Positions 1 to 13,022 of a stretch of DNA of 64,000 nt are shown here, one piece after another. How positions within the stretch are numbered: the stretch's first letter is position 1; each line of letters begins with the position of its first letter. The position numbers and the translations under genes are program-made. The notes under the pieces were generated by a model. That model was not told the DNA's origin and did not search any database. It was given only the letters and a program-made list of their open reading frames with translations. Source of the DNA: Oculina patagonica (Eukaryota); contig NC_135760.1 of assembly GCF_052425735.1 (NCBI RefSeq), positions 11,904,001-11,968,000 on the forward strand, in the 5' to 3' direction.

Positions 1-3000
1 ATAACTATTTGCAACCAGAACATGATGCGAAAAAGCAAAATTATGGGAACAGACGCGCAGACATTTCTTGACCAGCAAGATGACGTGAAGGCTAAGGTCT
101 CTGGCAAAACCTCCTTGGAGAAAGAGATCAGCCCGAACTTCAATGTTGAAGAAAGCGTGAGAAAAAACAGTCATAATCTCTCTGAGATGATGAAGGAGTG
201 TTCTTGGCAGAAAGAGCCTTGCACCACTGCTAACTTTACTTCAGTCTTGTCTTTCATGGTAAGCTTCTAATTTTATTTGGATTACGTAATTAAGGGGGAT
301 TAGCATTATAGGCATGCAATGTGTGCGAAGAGCTATTTAGCTGAAGCCTTTTGCACACATTGCAGACCTATCATACTAGTATTATAGGAACGCAATGTGT
401 GCAGAGCAGCTATGTATCATAATCATACAAGTATTATAGGCACGCAATGATGTGCAAAGCAGATATGTAGCTGTAGCCCTTTGCACGCCTTGCAGAGCTA
501 TGATATAGCCAATCAAAAACAACCCTTAAAATTTCTTGTCATAACATTGTAATTTTAACGCCATTTAAGTTAGGTACTGTCGGCAATAAGTGATGATCAA
601 GATAATTCAAAAGTCGATTTTGGATTTTTAACACAGATTTAAAGCACAAAATGTGTTCCTTGTTTCAGCGAGGTGTGTGCCACACGTTCAATTCTGGTCA
701 GCCGGGTCATCCGAAGATTTATGTAACCACGGCAGGAAAAATGCAAGCTCTGTCTCTTTACTTGGATGCACAGCCTGAGGAGTATTATGGGCCATACAGT
801 TATGACGCAACAGGTTTTAAGATTTTGGTTCACGATCAGAGCGAGTTGTACCCAAACGTTGAGGACTTTGCTCTGGACGTAACGCCTGGATTCACCACCA
901 ATATACGCGTGCGCAAAAACAAGGTAAATAACGTTTGTTGTAAACCTCAATCGATACTTTAAAACTTATTTTATCTCGTATTTCTTGTATTTTTGTTCGT
1001 TATATTATTTCATAGATTAGCCATAGTTTTAGTATTCTTATTCTGTTGTATTTTAAATTCTTAAGAAAATTTAAGAAATTCTTAAGAGAATTTAAGAGGG
1101 CCACTCGTTTGTTCGCATTTTAATGCTATTCTAGTGCTACCCTCGTTAGAGTGATTTCATTTAACCCGTAAAACAATATCTATCTGGGTGGGAAATCAGT
1201 AATCGCGTTTTTAGTTTTTCATACATCTTTCTGCAAAACGGCGCCGTTGTCTTCGGGAAAATGGAATGTTGTAATGATTTTCTTTTCCGTGATTGCAGCT
1301 TATCAGCCTTGAATCGCCATTTAAGTCCAACTGCAGTTCAAGGAACTTGACAAGTTTCAAGGTGTATTCAGAATACGCTTGTCTTACAGAGTGTTACACC
1401 AATATAACTGTAAGGAAATGCGGCTGCCGTTTGATATCGATGCCAAATGTTGGTAAGAGCTTGGACCCATTTAAAAAGTTCACGCATAACTGACACGAAT
1501 TAACTTTTTAAAGTTCGAATCCCCCTGACGATTCAAACTTGCATTTCGGATTAGGGAAAAAAACTCCAAAACGTGTAAATTCCCAGTCTTATACACAACT
1601 TCTCTGCAAAATAAACTCTATATTTTGTTGCTGGCGTGTTTAAACTTTTTAGCTCCTAATTTGTTGGATTGATCTTAAATGGCCACCGACCTTTCTCAGT
1701 TTAGATTGTTATGTTTTCTTTATTTCTCTGAAAAGTTTGGGTAACGCGGAAAAGCTTTCTTTTACGTAAACGGCGGACAAATGAAATCACTTCATCAAAT
1801 TTTCTCTGACGAAGAGGATGAACGACTAACGCTCAAAAAGTCAGCAGTGGCTGCCGAGATCTCGTAAGGCCCGACTGGGCAGTCTTGCCTAGATTTGCAG
1901 AGGCCCACAGTTGATAATTAACTTATTCGTTGTTTTGTAACAGGTGTAAATAAAACGAGATACTGCAGCGCAAAGGAGATCTTCGAGTGTGTTTTTCCAA
2001 TATTCGGTAAGTGAACAACTCCAACTGAATTAGATTTGATTGATTTGATTTTGTAACATTTCACAATTCGCTGCGGCAGTTTATTTACCTTTACCAACCT
2101 CCAGTTGATAATCAACTAAGTGTTTAACTTGCTCGCCAACAGTTTCTTAAGAAACTAATAACGTTGATGTAGAACAAGTCGCCTGTTACAGTGGAGGTTG
2201 ATAAAACCTTATTTTCTTATTCTATCTTTAGGCAATTTTAACCCCAGTAACTGTGACTGCCCAGTGCCGTGTACAAAGATTACCTACCATGTCCAGGCCT
2301 CCATGGCATATGCGCCGTCAAATCACTTGTGGGACACAATATTTCCTTTGTTCAACTTGACATTGAATGACACCGGCAAAGTCGACGAGTTTCAAAAGTT
2401 CATCAGGTAACAAAAGAACTCTAACGTAAAGAGACGGGCAAGACTAGGCTTCATCTCAAACGAAAACAAGATGCGCGATTTCAAAGCGAAACTCGAGGAT
2501 CACTTATAGATTGACTTAGAGTAGCGTGGCAAGGCTGGAACAAACCAGTACAGACGTTCGCGAGGGGTGGGGTCCTTATTTGAGGTCCGGCGCTTACTAA
2601 ATTTTTGCTGTCATGTGCGAAGATATTTCGGGGGAGGGGGCGGCTTAATCGGAGGCGGTGCTGGTTCGATTTATAATACGGTAATGGGTATGGCCACTTA
2701 GGCTAAGTCATTTCCCTTATTTTAACAATTTTCTAAACGATTTAGTGCAGGACCACTATATATTTTATTGTGTTTCGACGAATGTATTTGCTCATATGTT
2801 GGCGGAAGCTCTGACAAAAAATTCGAATCCATAATCAGTACATCAGTAGATGTTACAATTAGGTATACAGGCCTTCCGTTGAACAATCATTGTGATATCT
2901 TCATAGGGACGAAAACTGCTCATGATTACATTTTAATGGAATACTGTCAAAAAAATGGTGCTCAATGCATTTATCTGAATATTATTTTTTGTGCGTTTGT

Positions 3001-4023
3001 GTTTTTTTAAATTAGGCAAAGAATGGTACAAGTACATATATATTACGAAACACTGGACACAGAAGTGACGGAAGAAAAGCCAGCTTACGACCTCAACGAT
3101 TTTGGGTGTAAGTAATGTCATTGAAATACCGGCTCTGAAACTAGTTAACTCAGTGGTGAAGTTTAGTTGTCAGTTGTGAAGCAGTTGCAAAGAAAAGAAA
3201 TACAGAAAGAAAGATATAGAAATGCATACAACGCCTCAACTGGACTCGAACCAACGACCATTGTGGTACCTGAGAAATCCGGCCTCTATCAAGTAGCCAC
3301 AAAGCCACTAAATCTATTTATAATAATAATAATAAATAATATTTTAAGAGGAGGCCTCCAATCACCTAGGGGGTGGTTTTCAGGAGGGTCCTCTGAGAAA
3401 ATAAATGTTAAACCTTAAAATACATTAAAATCTAAAATACAATAAAAAGACAAAACCTATGTGGTATGCTAACTAAGATTAAAAACTAGGACAAGGATTA
3501 AAATACTACTAACTAAGGTTAAAAATGGGAAATAAAAAAGTATTAAAATCTAAAAGGAAGTACAAATGTCACAGTTCTAAAATATAAAATATACAATCAT
3601 TGAAACTACTAAAACTACCTGCTGTCCTAAAAAAAACTAATTACAAATAGTTATCTATTAACATTATATAACGTTACTTAGGATAGGGAGCTCTTAGAGA
3701 AACGTGGTAGTAGAAGTGCAAAAATTTTCAGCTATTCCGGGAGGGAAGGGGGAGCAATGCATTTCCCTGGGCTAAAAAAAGGGGATTAACAGAACAGGAA
3801 ACGAAATCTTTTAAGAGAGAGTTAGAAAGTCATGTCCATGATTTATTATTCATTATCCATTTTCTTTTTTTTCCTTCTAGCGGACGTTGGAGGTAACATG
3901 GGATTGTTTCTTGGCTGCAGTCTATTAACGCTGTGTGAATTCGTCGATCTGATTGTAATTATGTGTCTTCGCTGTTGGCGGAAGAAGAATGCGGTAGATC
4001 TCAAGGGAGATCGATTTCAGTGA
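1..4023 (+). CDS. DEG/ENaC family (acid-sensing ion channel-like) subunit, 5'-partial. Exons ~<1-258, 669-923, 1299-1452, 1944-2006, 2232-2406, 3016-3107, 3881-4023
   Basis: GT-AG exons join in frame. Motifs: FPxxTICN-like start, RGVCHTFN, GFKILVHDQ, Cys-rich thumb (ACLTECY..KCGC..CDCPVPC), TM2 SDVGGNMGLFLGCSLLTLCEFVD, stop at 4021-4023. Confidence 0.9.
300..510. repeat. Imperfect intronic tandem repeat (ATTATAGGCACGCAATGTGTGC...-type units)
   Basis: Three ATTATAGG-N-A-Y-GCAAT starts (~305, 381, 434) and a repeated GCTG(A/T)AGCC(T/C)TTTGCAC..TTGCAGA block. Confidence 0.7.
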
Positions 4024-5924
4024 AGCATGTGTGAGCCGCTTCTCACGAATATTGGGACTTAAAGCAAGTCCAGAATGCACATACGCACCAATACTAAAGA
4101 GCTTTCTTTTCTTTTTTGCATCATGCCGAGTCCAACATCATCGTCATCATATCGAAAAAATTCTCTCATGCCAATTTCAAACCGTTGCTGGAGTTAACAA
4201 TTTTTTAAAGAGTATTGTGTATATTCAGTGTAGTGAGTTCATGCCGAGTGTAAGTTCTTTGCAAGCAATTTCATTCTAGACTAAGGACAATCGCCCTTTT
4301 CCCGTAAATCGACGAGGAAGAAACGAATAAAAGTCACAGGAAAACATGGTCGCCAAAATGTGGAGGCAAAACGCGCGTCTTGTTTGATTAGCGCGGCCAG
4401 TTTTCCTCTTTTTTTATCCGCTTCTTTATTGACCGACTGAGGATGCAGTGAAAAGAAAGCGGGAAGAAAAAGGAGAGAGAGGGAAAAAGGCGGAGGGGTG
4501 GAGAGCTTTGCCCCACTTGGGAGCCTGCTCGCAGGCTAAGTCAAGTTTCATTCCATGGTAAAAGGGTTTGACTATGTAGGTGGAGTAAGGGTAGTTACAG
4601 CAGCTAGAGTTGTTGTTTTTTTGTTTTTATATCGTTTCGAGTCTTTTGTTAAAAGGTAGATGGCTGTACCAACGATTTATCTCGAACAAGGTAGGCTGCG
4701 TGCAAGATCTCTTGCTCGTAGGTTAGAGCAAGGTAAATAAATATTACATATCAGTTGTAAAATTTAATGATGAAATTATAACAAAGGATAAACCGGTTAG
4801 AAGTAGGGAAATTTATATTAATAAATCGTGAAAAAAATCCTTTGCGTACAGCTGGCTTATTTTTCACCTGGTTGGGCTTTCTGTGTTTTTTTTTTGTTGT
4901 TGTTGTTGTTTTGGTATTGTTTTTTTTTGTTTTGTTTTGTTGTTTATTTTGTCTACGGTTCCTTAAACTTCCAAGCGTCTTAGGTGGGGGGATTAGGTTT
5001 TTTTTTTGGTTTTTGTTTTTTTTTTGTTTTTAAAAGATAGTAGCGGCGACCAATGCTTCACCGTGGGGGTACCCCCTATAGTGGACTACGGAGAGGCTCC
5101 GCCCAAAAAGGGTACCTTTTTCAGGCTGCATGGGTCACGAGTTGGAGTATAGAAAGTGGCAGGGAAAACTGTCATATTTCGAACGTACCCACCAAACGGT
5201 CGTTGGAAAGAGAACGCGTTCGCGCGCTTTTGTCATTAGGTGACCTCATGAAATTTCTCCCCAAATAAAGCGAGCCGAGAAGAACGTGTACGTACTTATT
5301 ATAACAAACTGCCTACAGACTGGACAAAGTTCCCACTTTCCTACATCAATTTCCGTATCTTTGCCTTGTCAAGAAGACTCGAGAGATTGAACGAACACAA
5401 GAATCCACTACACACCTTAAATCAGTTTTTACCGAAATTTTATTGATTTTTCATTGCAGCTGGATATTGTATAAAGTTCACTGGGAATACAATTATCGGA
5501 ATTATCGTTTCGACGTTGATTTCACAACTTATTTGCATTCCATAGGCTTAATATTACTGGTCATAAAACAATATTTTATCGGATGAAAACATTTTCTTTG
5601 CGTCATTAATCAGTACTTTTTTCACACCAGCTAAATCAGGATTAAAAAGTTGAAATTTGTACATTGATTTTTATAGGAATTTTGATCACAAATGAAGTTT
5701 TTTTAAACCCTTTTTATTTTAACCTTTTATGTAAGTTTTGGTGTAATTCCAGTACAGGTCAGGCTTCTGTAGTATAAGTAACTAGTTTCTATTGTTGTTT
5801 ATAAAAATAAGTTTCTGAAATAAGGTAAATCGCGTGTTATAGATCAGTGCTGTTTAAATGAGAGCTGCAAATACCGAAAATCCTCCACTTAGCCTCTTGG
5901 TTAAGAAAGGCACATTAACCTTCC

Positions 5925-6175
5925 AAACCACTGCCACCACTACAACCTCCCCCCAAGCAACCCGCAGCTGCCACACTCTGCCCTTAAACCACTGCCGCCG
6001 CCGCACCCTCCCCCCAAAACCACTGCCACCACCGCACCTTCCCCCCAATCCACTGCCACCACTGCACCCTACCCCCAAACCACTCCCACCACCGCACCCT
6101 CCCCCCCCCAAACCACTGCCGCCACCGCACCCTCCCCACCAAGCCGCTGCCACCGTACCCTCACCCCACTCCTCT
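5925..6175. repeat. C-rich minisatellite, ~30-bp unit CCCCAAACCACTGCCACCACCGCACCCT
   Basis: About 7 degenerate units are visible. They explain the Pro-rich and Gly-rich ORFs on both strands. Confidence 0.85.
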
Positions 6176-6656
6176 CGACCCACAATTTCTCCATTATTCT
6201 TGGCCCCACCCAAGGGGATATTAAAGTAGAGGATTTTCAGTAATCTACTTATTCCCAAGCCATGCAGGTGAGACTTGCAAATACAAATAATAAATAATAC
6301 AGACTCACCCACTTACAAAATGGACAGTAACACAGGTCTATAGGAAGACCACTGTATATTAATAAAAAGCTTTTTTCAAGTTATGTTGCCCGGGTATTCA
6401 AACAACGTTTGCTAATAGCGGATACTTCAGAATCATATTCTTTGATCAGTCCTGTTCATTTAAAAAAATGAGATAACGTAACAATTCATGTGTGTTTGCA
6501 ACTACAGTAAATGAGCCACTCATATGCCAAGATAATTTTGCAATGTAGTTATTTCACAATCCTTTGACAGACACATAAAGCTGGCCTTTTTCTCGCAGGT
6601 GTAGGAAACCGTACAACAGATGCCAGCTAACATACGATGTTAGTTTTAGCTTGATT

Positions 6657-9600
6657 TCAGGATGCTTCCTTAGTTCCTTTCTGTGAAGTCAGTGTTGGAT
6701 TCTTAACAGAAGAAGTTTGATCGTTCGTTGTGACTGCAGTTACAGTAGAACCAGAAAAATTCAACTTGCTGTTATCTGTCCCACTTTCTTTAGAATCCAC
6801 AGCATAGGTAGCGTGACCTTGTAAAGGTTTTTGTGTGTCTTTGGACGTAGCGTTGTCACGCAAGGGTTCTCCATTTGTCACTTGTATCTTACCATCACGT
6901 TCACTTCTACTCATGTGACTCTTGACCTGTGGTGTACCACAGTGGTCTCCATGTGAACTCTCCCCAGACTTTGAAACAACACCATTAGCCAGTCTGCGTC
7001 CTTTTCCGGTTTCTGTTAAACTTACTTTTGTTTCTTTAGAGTCACACAGCTTGTCAGTCGCTTGATTCTGAGGCTGCTCGTGTGTTGCTTGGTCTGTGCT
7101 TGTCTCTTGAGTTTTAGTGCTGCTAGGTTTTCGTTGTTGTTTTTCATGTTCTCTGCATGGAAGGTGCTTGGTGAGGCATATTCTCTGATTGAATGTTTTG
7201 CTGCAAGTGTCACATTTGTACGGTTTGTCGTCTGAGTGAATGTAACTGTGCTCCTGTAAATGGTGTTTTCGTTTGAATGCTTTCCCACAAACCTACGAGA
7301 AACAACTTGGTTTGGTTAACATCGCAAATAAAATCTGCTAGATTGAACAACAATAGTTATTATTAGAGCCCAACAGGCAAACCTCTGGTAGGCAAAAAGT
7401 AGTAGAGTGGATTCCAGATTGAGAAGTCTGGTTTTAAGACAAAGAAGAGTCCTGGATTTCAACCAATTTTAAGTCCAAAGATGGTACTTTCTTGCTCAAA
7501 AAATGGGGTGGGGGGGGGGGGTGCTGGAGTGAGAGTGGGATCTTTCTTGCTCCAACAAGGGGGCATAACATAAATCAACATTTTACTCTCTCAATGCATC
7601 TCTCTTTATCAACCCAAGTGTATGTGTTAATAACTGCAAATTGTATGACAGAATACCAAGAGGGAGGGGGGGGGAGATGCCATGGGCTAGCATCCCATCA
7701 GGGGGAGTGGTGCAGAATAGCCTCCAACACATGCGCCTGCTGGCAAGAGGGAGGGGGGATGTTACCTGGCATGCATAAGGCCTGTCACTAGCAGAGCTGC
7801 TCCTTTTTACAGATGCTTGATTGGCCTGGGCTTGAGATGTTAACTTCTGTTGTGCATTCTGAGAATGTTGTCTTGTCACATGCTGTTTAAGCCCACTGCT
7901 CTTCCTGAATGATGATTCACACTGAGAACATTTAAAGGGTTTTTCATCTGAAAAAATACAAAGAACATGGTTGATCTACCCTCTCTGCATGGCTGTGGAT
8001 GATCTTTGGGACATCAAGCAATGGTAATGTTGTGGTTCAATTTTACCCTTAGTTCAATTTGGTATGTTCTTTTATTCTGGTGTATGGTAATATATGATAA
8101 TGGATATAAAACAAAGGAAAATACCTAATTGAACAAAGGGCAAAATAATTGAACTACAACATTCACATGTAAAGAAAAATCACACACATCAAGTGTTCAC
8201 CTAGGGAATTGTTATGAGGCATGTCACATGATACATTTTCATCCAATTAATAAAGGCATTTCAGTTGTCACTGGGCATAACAACAGTTCCACCAAGCAAT
8301 AAGTTGCTTTATTCCCATAGCCTGCATCAAGACTTTGCATTGAGATTTTCAGGAGAATTGCATGATGGTCACTGGCTCATTTTTCCTCTCAAGTTATTGT
8401 ACTTTTAAATACAAATATTTTAGGAGGTAAAGGAATTTTGCTACCCAAGACAACATGGACCAGGACAGCTGAGAACCAGAAAGAAAGAACAAGATGGAGG
8501 CCAAGGAGCAAGGTGTACACTGCAGCAGGCAACAGAGCTGATTAGCAGCAGAGTGTAGAGGCCTTACATGTACATGCCATACGGCATAAAGAGGATACAA
8601 TGTAGGTGAAGGCGAAAGAAATTCCAGTGAACCCCTGGGCATGATGAAACAGGTTTCTGCCTATTGTTTTGAACATGCCACAGCAACTATAAGCAAAACT
8701 CCACCTGGGTTTGCAGGCAACCCGGAGCAGACTCACCATTTGTTTTGTCATCACTCTGCAATGATTCTGCAGCAGTGTCTTGTTTGATGTTTATTTTGTC
8801 ATCTACAATCAAGAATAAGAGAAATTTCCAAGCAGATAAGTTCAATGACATTTATTATATGTGCCTCTTTAGAGGATTTTAAGTCAAAACTTGACACCCG
8901 CTTGTTTAAACGTGCTTATAATTTGTAGTTTTACTATTAACATTATTTTTCTTTTTTACTCATATTGTGTAAATTTATAGATTTTATCTTTTAGCGATAT
9001 TTTATATTTTTCATCTTGTTAATGTTGTAAAGTGTTACAGATTTTTAGTAGATGTAGCGCTATAGAAATTTATTTTATTATATCATCATCATCATTATTA
9101 TTAATATTATTATTATAAAATTAATATAAACTTTATTCAGCACTAAAAAGAATTAAAAAAATTGTTATTACTATTATTACTATTATTATTATAATTATCT
9201 AAATAATGGCAGAAAACTATTTACAATAAACAGTTCTATGATACAATCGTTAAATTATTAATTAATTACGTTGTTAATTATTATTATTATTAAAAGATAA
9301 TAAACAATACCCAGACCACAAAAGAATAAAGTCTACATGTAACCAACAACAGTTCCCAAACATCAAGACTTACCCCAATGTTTTCACTCACCTAAATGAT
9401 GGACAGCCTTCATATGATTGATAAGCTGTTCTTTCTCCACAAACATCACGGCACACAAGCAGCACTGCCGCAGACCCACTAAATTACCAACTTGGATCAC
9501 AGGTGCGTCATTGACATAATCTTCCATACTTTGAAAACTCTCCTTCTTTTTCCGTTTTCTTTTCCTAACAACAGTCTTAGTCTTAGTGATTTCTTCCTGT

Positions 9601-10009
9601 GAAGTGTTTTTATTTGATTGTACAGGTATTTTTTGTCCTGTAAGTCTTATCTGGTCAGGGTCCACCCAGTCTTCTTTGTAAGCCACCTTCTTAGATTTCA
9701 AACTTCTTATTCGAGCACTGATTCTTCCAGGAGGGATTGTTGGTGTTGCTTTGCAAGAAGTATCTTCTTGCTGTTCAGATTTTGTGATATTGCATCTCTG
9801 TTTCGAGTCACTGTTTTGTTCATCTGTATTTTTTTCTGTTGAAGAGTGTAGTGCATTGTTGCCAGTTCCATTAACACTGGTTTCACTGGTATCTTGTTTT
9901 CTTCTGTGGATAAAATATTTTTTTCATTATTAAACACTGTTTTGACTGAGAAGATACAAAAAGCACTTGAGAGTGTTGTGTTTCATCACACTTCCAACTC
10001 CTAGAATTA

Positions 10010-10050
<41 letters not shown>

Positions 10051-10120
10051 TTAAATTTTTTTTTTTTTTTTTTTTTACCCCCCCCCTTTATCCCCCCCCC
10101 CTTTCCCCAAAAAAAAAAAC

Positions 10121-10155
<35 letters not shown>

Positions 10156-11610
10156 CGGGGCTAAATATTGCTTTTTAACTTTTTAACTTAAAAACATATT
10201 ATTATCGACCCTGCTATGGCTCGTTTCGAAACAATTAATTTTATTCCACTTATAAGCCCCCGCTGGATAATTATAAGCCCCTACATTTATAAGCCCACCA
10301 AAAAAGCCCCTTATGAAGTTGGGATTTTATGGTACAGGTATCACTGCGGCAAATGGGTAAGTAGTTTCGGGCGGTACTGTATATGGTATTACTTAATGCA
10401 GTGTTTGCACCAACTGGTCCTGTCACTTACATGTACATGTTCCATATGAATCTAGCCCATTTTATTTGATTACTACCAAAAAGGGAGCACATGATATAAT
10501 ACCACTACCTAGAGATCTTGGTTGTGCTACTTCATTTGCTACAATTTATTATTTAGAACAAATCAATAATATTGTAACAAAATGAGAACATTCACCTCTT
10601 GGTTTCTGGAACACCTTGCTCGGACTCTATTTCCTCGTCAACCTAAAATTTGATCACAAACACATAAACAAGTTTGAAAAAAACATTACAGGTCTAGCTC
10701 TTATGGGTATTCCAGGCAGTCAGTACCCCATAATAATAGCTAATTTAACATTCTTTTTGGTTTGTTATATAATTTATATAAAGAAAGCAAACATCAAATA
10801 AAGAATGACCATTTTAGGTTGTTCGTTCCAATATTGATGTGGCCGCTGTTGTTGCAATTGCTGTTTCTGTTGCTGACAGAATGTTGGGGTGTACTATATT
10901 ATCATCACATCCATGGAGAGAAGCAATACTTTGAGTCCCTTCATTCTACAGAATTCAAAGTCAAGTACCAAGAGCTTTGAGCCACTTGAGCAGAAAAATA
11001 AACAATTTACTTTTTAAAGGTTTGATGAGCCACCATGCTCACAAACAGATCGTGATGTTTAGGAGACCACAGGTAAATCCAGTCCCCTTGGTGACCTGCA
11101 CGCCTTCCTTTACAATGATAATTTTTAGATCAAATTACATGTCCACATTTAACTATGACACATATGCACAAACAATGTAGGCCAAAATACTCACAGCAAC
11201 ACTGTCCAGTTCTTCAGGATTTTTTATATCACAGTGCTCTGATAACTTCTGGATAATGTTTTGAAGTTTAAGCCTGAAAATTGCAAATGGGTATCAAATT
11301 AAAGTACATGTTCACCTCAAGCATTTAAAAGATGGAGTTACCAGTATGTGACTTCCCAGTTGCAATCTTGGATAATTTATTACTAGCAGAGGTAAGAAAA
11401 TATCTTGTATGAGTGCCACACTTTTCAAAGTTGCAATGTAATGTAATGTAAACTTTTTTAATAGTCAGCTCCCCACAGGGCTTTTCAGTAACTATTTTAC
11501 AATTTACAGAATTAAGGGATGAGATCGGACATCAGCATATAAGGCGCCTATGGCAGCCGCTATCCGTCCATGTGTATGATCTCACCCCACCACCAACCCA
11601 TGGAATAGAA

Positions 11611-11647
<37 letters not shown>

Positions 11648-11793
11648 GCGATGAGTGTGTGGGTTCTTTAACGTCCCCTGCTAATTATAACACTGAAGAT
11701 GCAGGAGACGGGGCCTACAGTTTATCGTCCTTATCCGAGAAGACTAGAATGTCTAACCATTTGCAGATGTCATTACAAAGGCAGCACATTCTT

Positions 11794-11829
<36 letters not shown>

Positions 11830-13022
11830 TGGGAGTCGAACCCGAGACCTCCCGTACGATAGTCCGGCGCTCTACCACTGAGCTAACCGGTCGGCGGTAT
11901 CAATCAATGTTAATCATGCAATGGGCTAAAATGATACACCATATAAGAGTAATCTTTGTCTAAACGACCTAATTGAGAGGATCTGCATATAAAGGAAACA
12001 TCAAAATTTTAGGTAATGAAACAGTTATCAGGGAAAAAATCTTACTGCAACAGTGCATGTAAGTTAAGCCTTCTGTTAGCAATTATCTTATCCTTTATAG
12101 TGCGTTGTGAGGCCCCCTACAACTCCAAATAAATATACTGTGCGACCATGCCATCTTGATAGTCAAGAGCCCTCAGGAGACACCAAAATACATTGAAATG
12201 TCGCCAAGTGAAACATTGAGATTTAATGGAAAACAAAATGAACTGGTTTCCCGAGGGATCTGTCATTAATTTTTTTTCATATATACCATGACAAAGACTT
12301 AGAAAAATGGTGCTCATCGGTCAACATTTGCAGGCAACATTGCAATATAATGTTACCATACATTTTGCAATGTTGCCCGCTCAGAGACTTTTGGCAGGAA
12401 ACAGTTTTTATTGTTAGATGTCATGTGACCTCAAATTAGCCAATAAAAGAGCATGTTGTCAGGGGAAAATTTTCAGCTATATAACAATAAAGAAATGTAT
12501 AGCTTTAGGGGGGAAATTTAAGAAATACACATGTATATACTAGCTTAAAGGAGGCTATCATGGATTATGCATCTTAAAAAATTTAGGCTAACATTTTCAA
12601 TTTTGGCACTTCTTATCTACCTCAATCAGAACAGTCCTTGTTTCTTTTTATTATTATTATTTTATTAGTGCTTTAAAACCTTACTAAACTTTTATTTTGA
12701 GGTTTCCAGGCTTGTATTTGAAGATAACTTTGTACAACATAAAAAATTTCTCACTAGACCGTCGCACAGCCTTAAAACCGCAGCTCTGATTGTCGTGAGT
12801 AATGTCAGATTGATTATTTGTTTAAAAAGACCAAATGGCCCTGAGTATTGGTTTTTAATCTAAACCAACTAATTTCGTGCAACATCTGTATACTTGCTTC
12901 ATAGCTTCACACTCCAAATGCAAACCAAATGCGTGCACTTTAAAACGAACTCGTCCCGAGCGACTATCAACGAAATCAACTTACCCACGATGGTCAGTAG
13001 AACTTTGATTCGTTTCCTCCAT
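6657..13022 (-). CDS. Multi-exon C2H2 zinc-finger protein. Exon structure partly inferred: ~13022-12985, ~11274-11194, ~10643-10597, ~9903-9390, ~7949-7720, 3' exon ending ~6657
   Basis: Two C2H2 fingers: CCLCAVMFVEKEQLINHMKAVH (~9400-9470) and EKPFKCSQCESSFRKSSGLKQHVTRQH (~7865-7945). Phase-compatible GT-AG junctions (MEETNQSSTDHR-G-LKLQNIIQKL; ETKR-RKQDTSE). Basic KRKRKKK stretch resembles an NLS. Confidence 0.6.
8860..9120 (+). mobile_element. Degraded 3' end of a CR1/L2-type LINE
   Basis: FKSKLDTRLF-like C-terminus, TGTAAAG...GCGCTATAGAAAT 3' end and an (ATC/ATT)n tail. Recognised by pattern only. Confidence 0.4.
11437..11898 (-). mobile_element. tRNA-derived SINE in a zinc-finger gene intron
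   Basis: On the minus strand: A-box-like TAGCTCAGTGGTAGAGC and B-box GGTTCGACTCCC near 11830-11890, a non-tRNA body, and an (ATTAC)n tail at ~11437-11452. Confidence 0.75.

Noticed and set aside
1806-1845. Third hammerhead-like motif
   Set aside because: The core is broken (GAAA reads AAAA, with an insertion in stem II). It is noted only as a decayed remnant.
5854-6312. Pro-rich (+) and Gly-rich (-) ORFs resembling extensin or keratin-associated proteins
   Set aside because: Both are by-products of a C-rich minisatellite downstream of the zinc-finger gene. There is no splice or domain support.
10010-10165. Long poly-T, poly-C and poly-A runs with an F/P-rich ORF
   Set aside because: The homopolymer mosaic looks like low-quality read or gap-fill sequence. 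Similar patches occur at ~4880-5035 and ~14600-14790.
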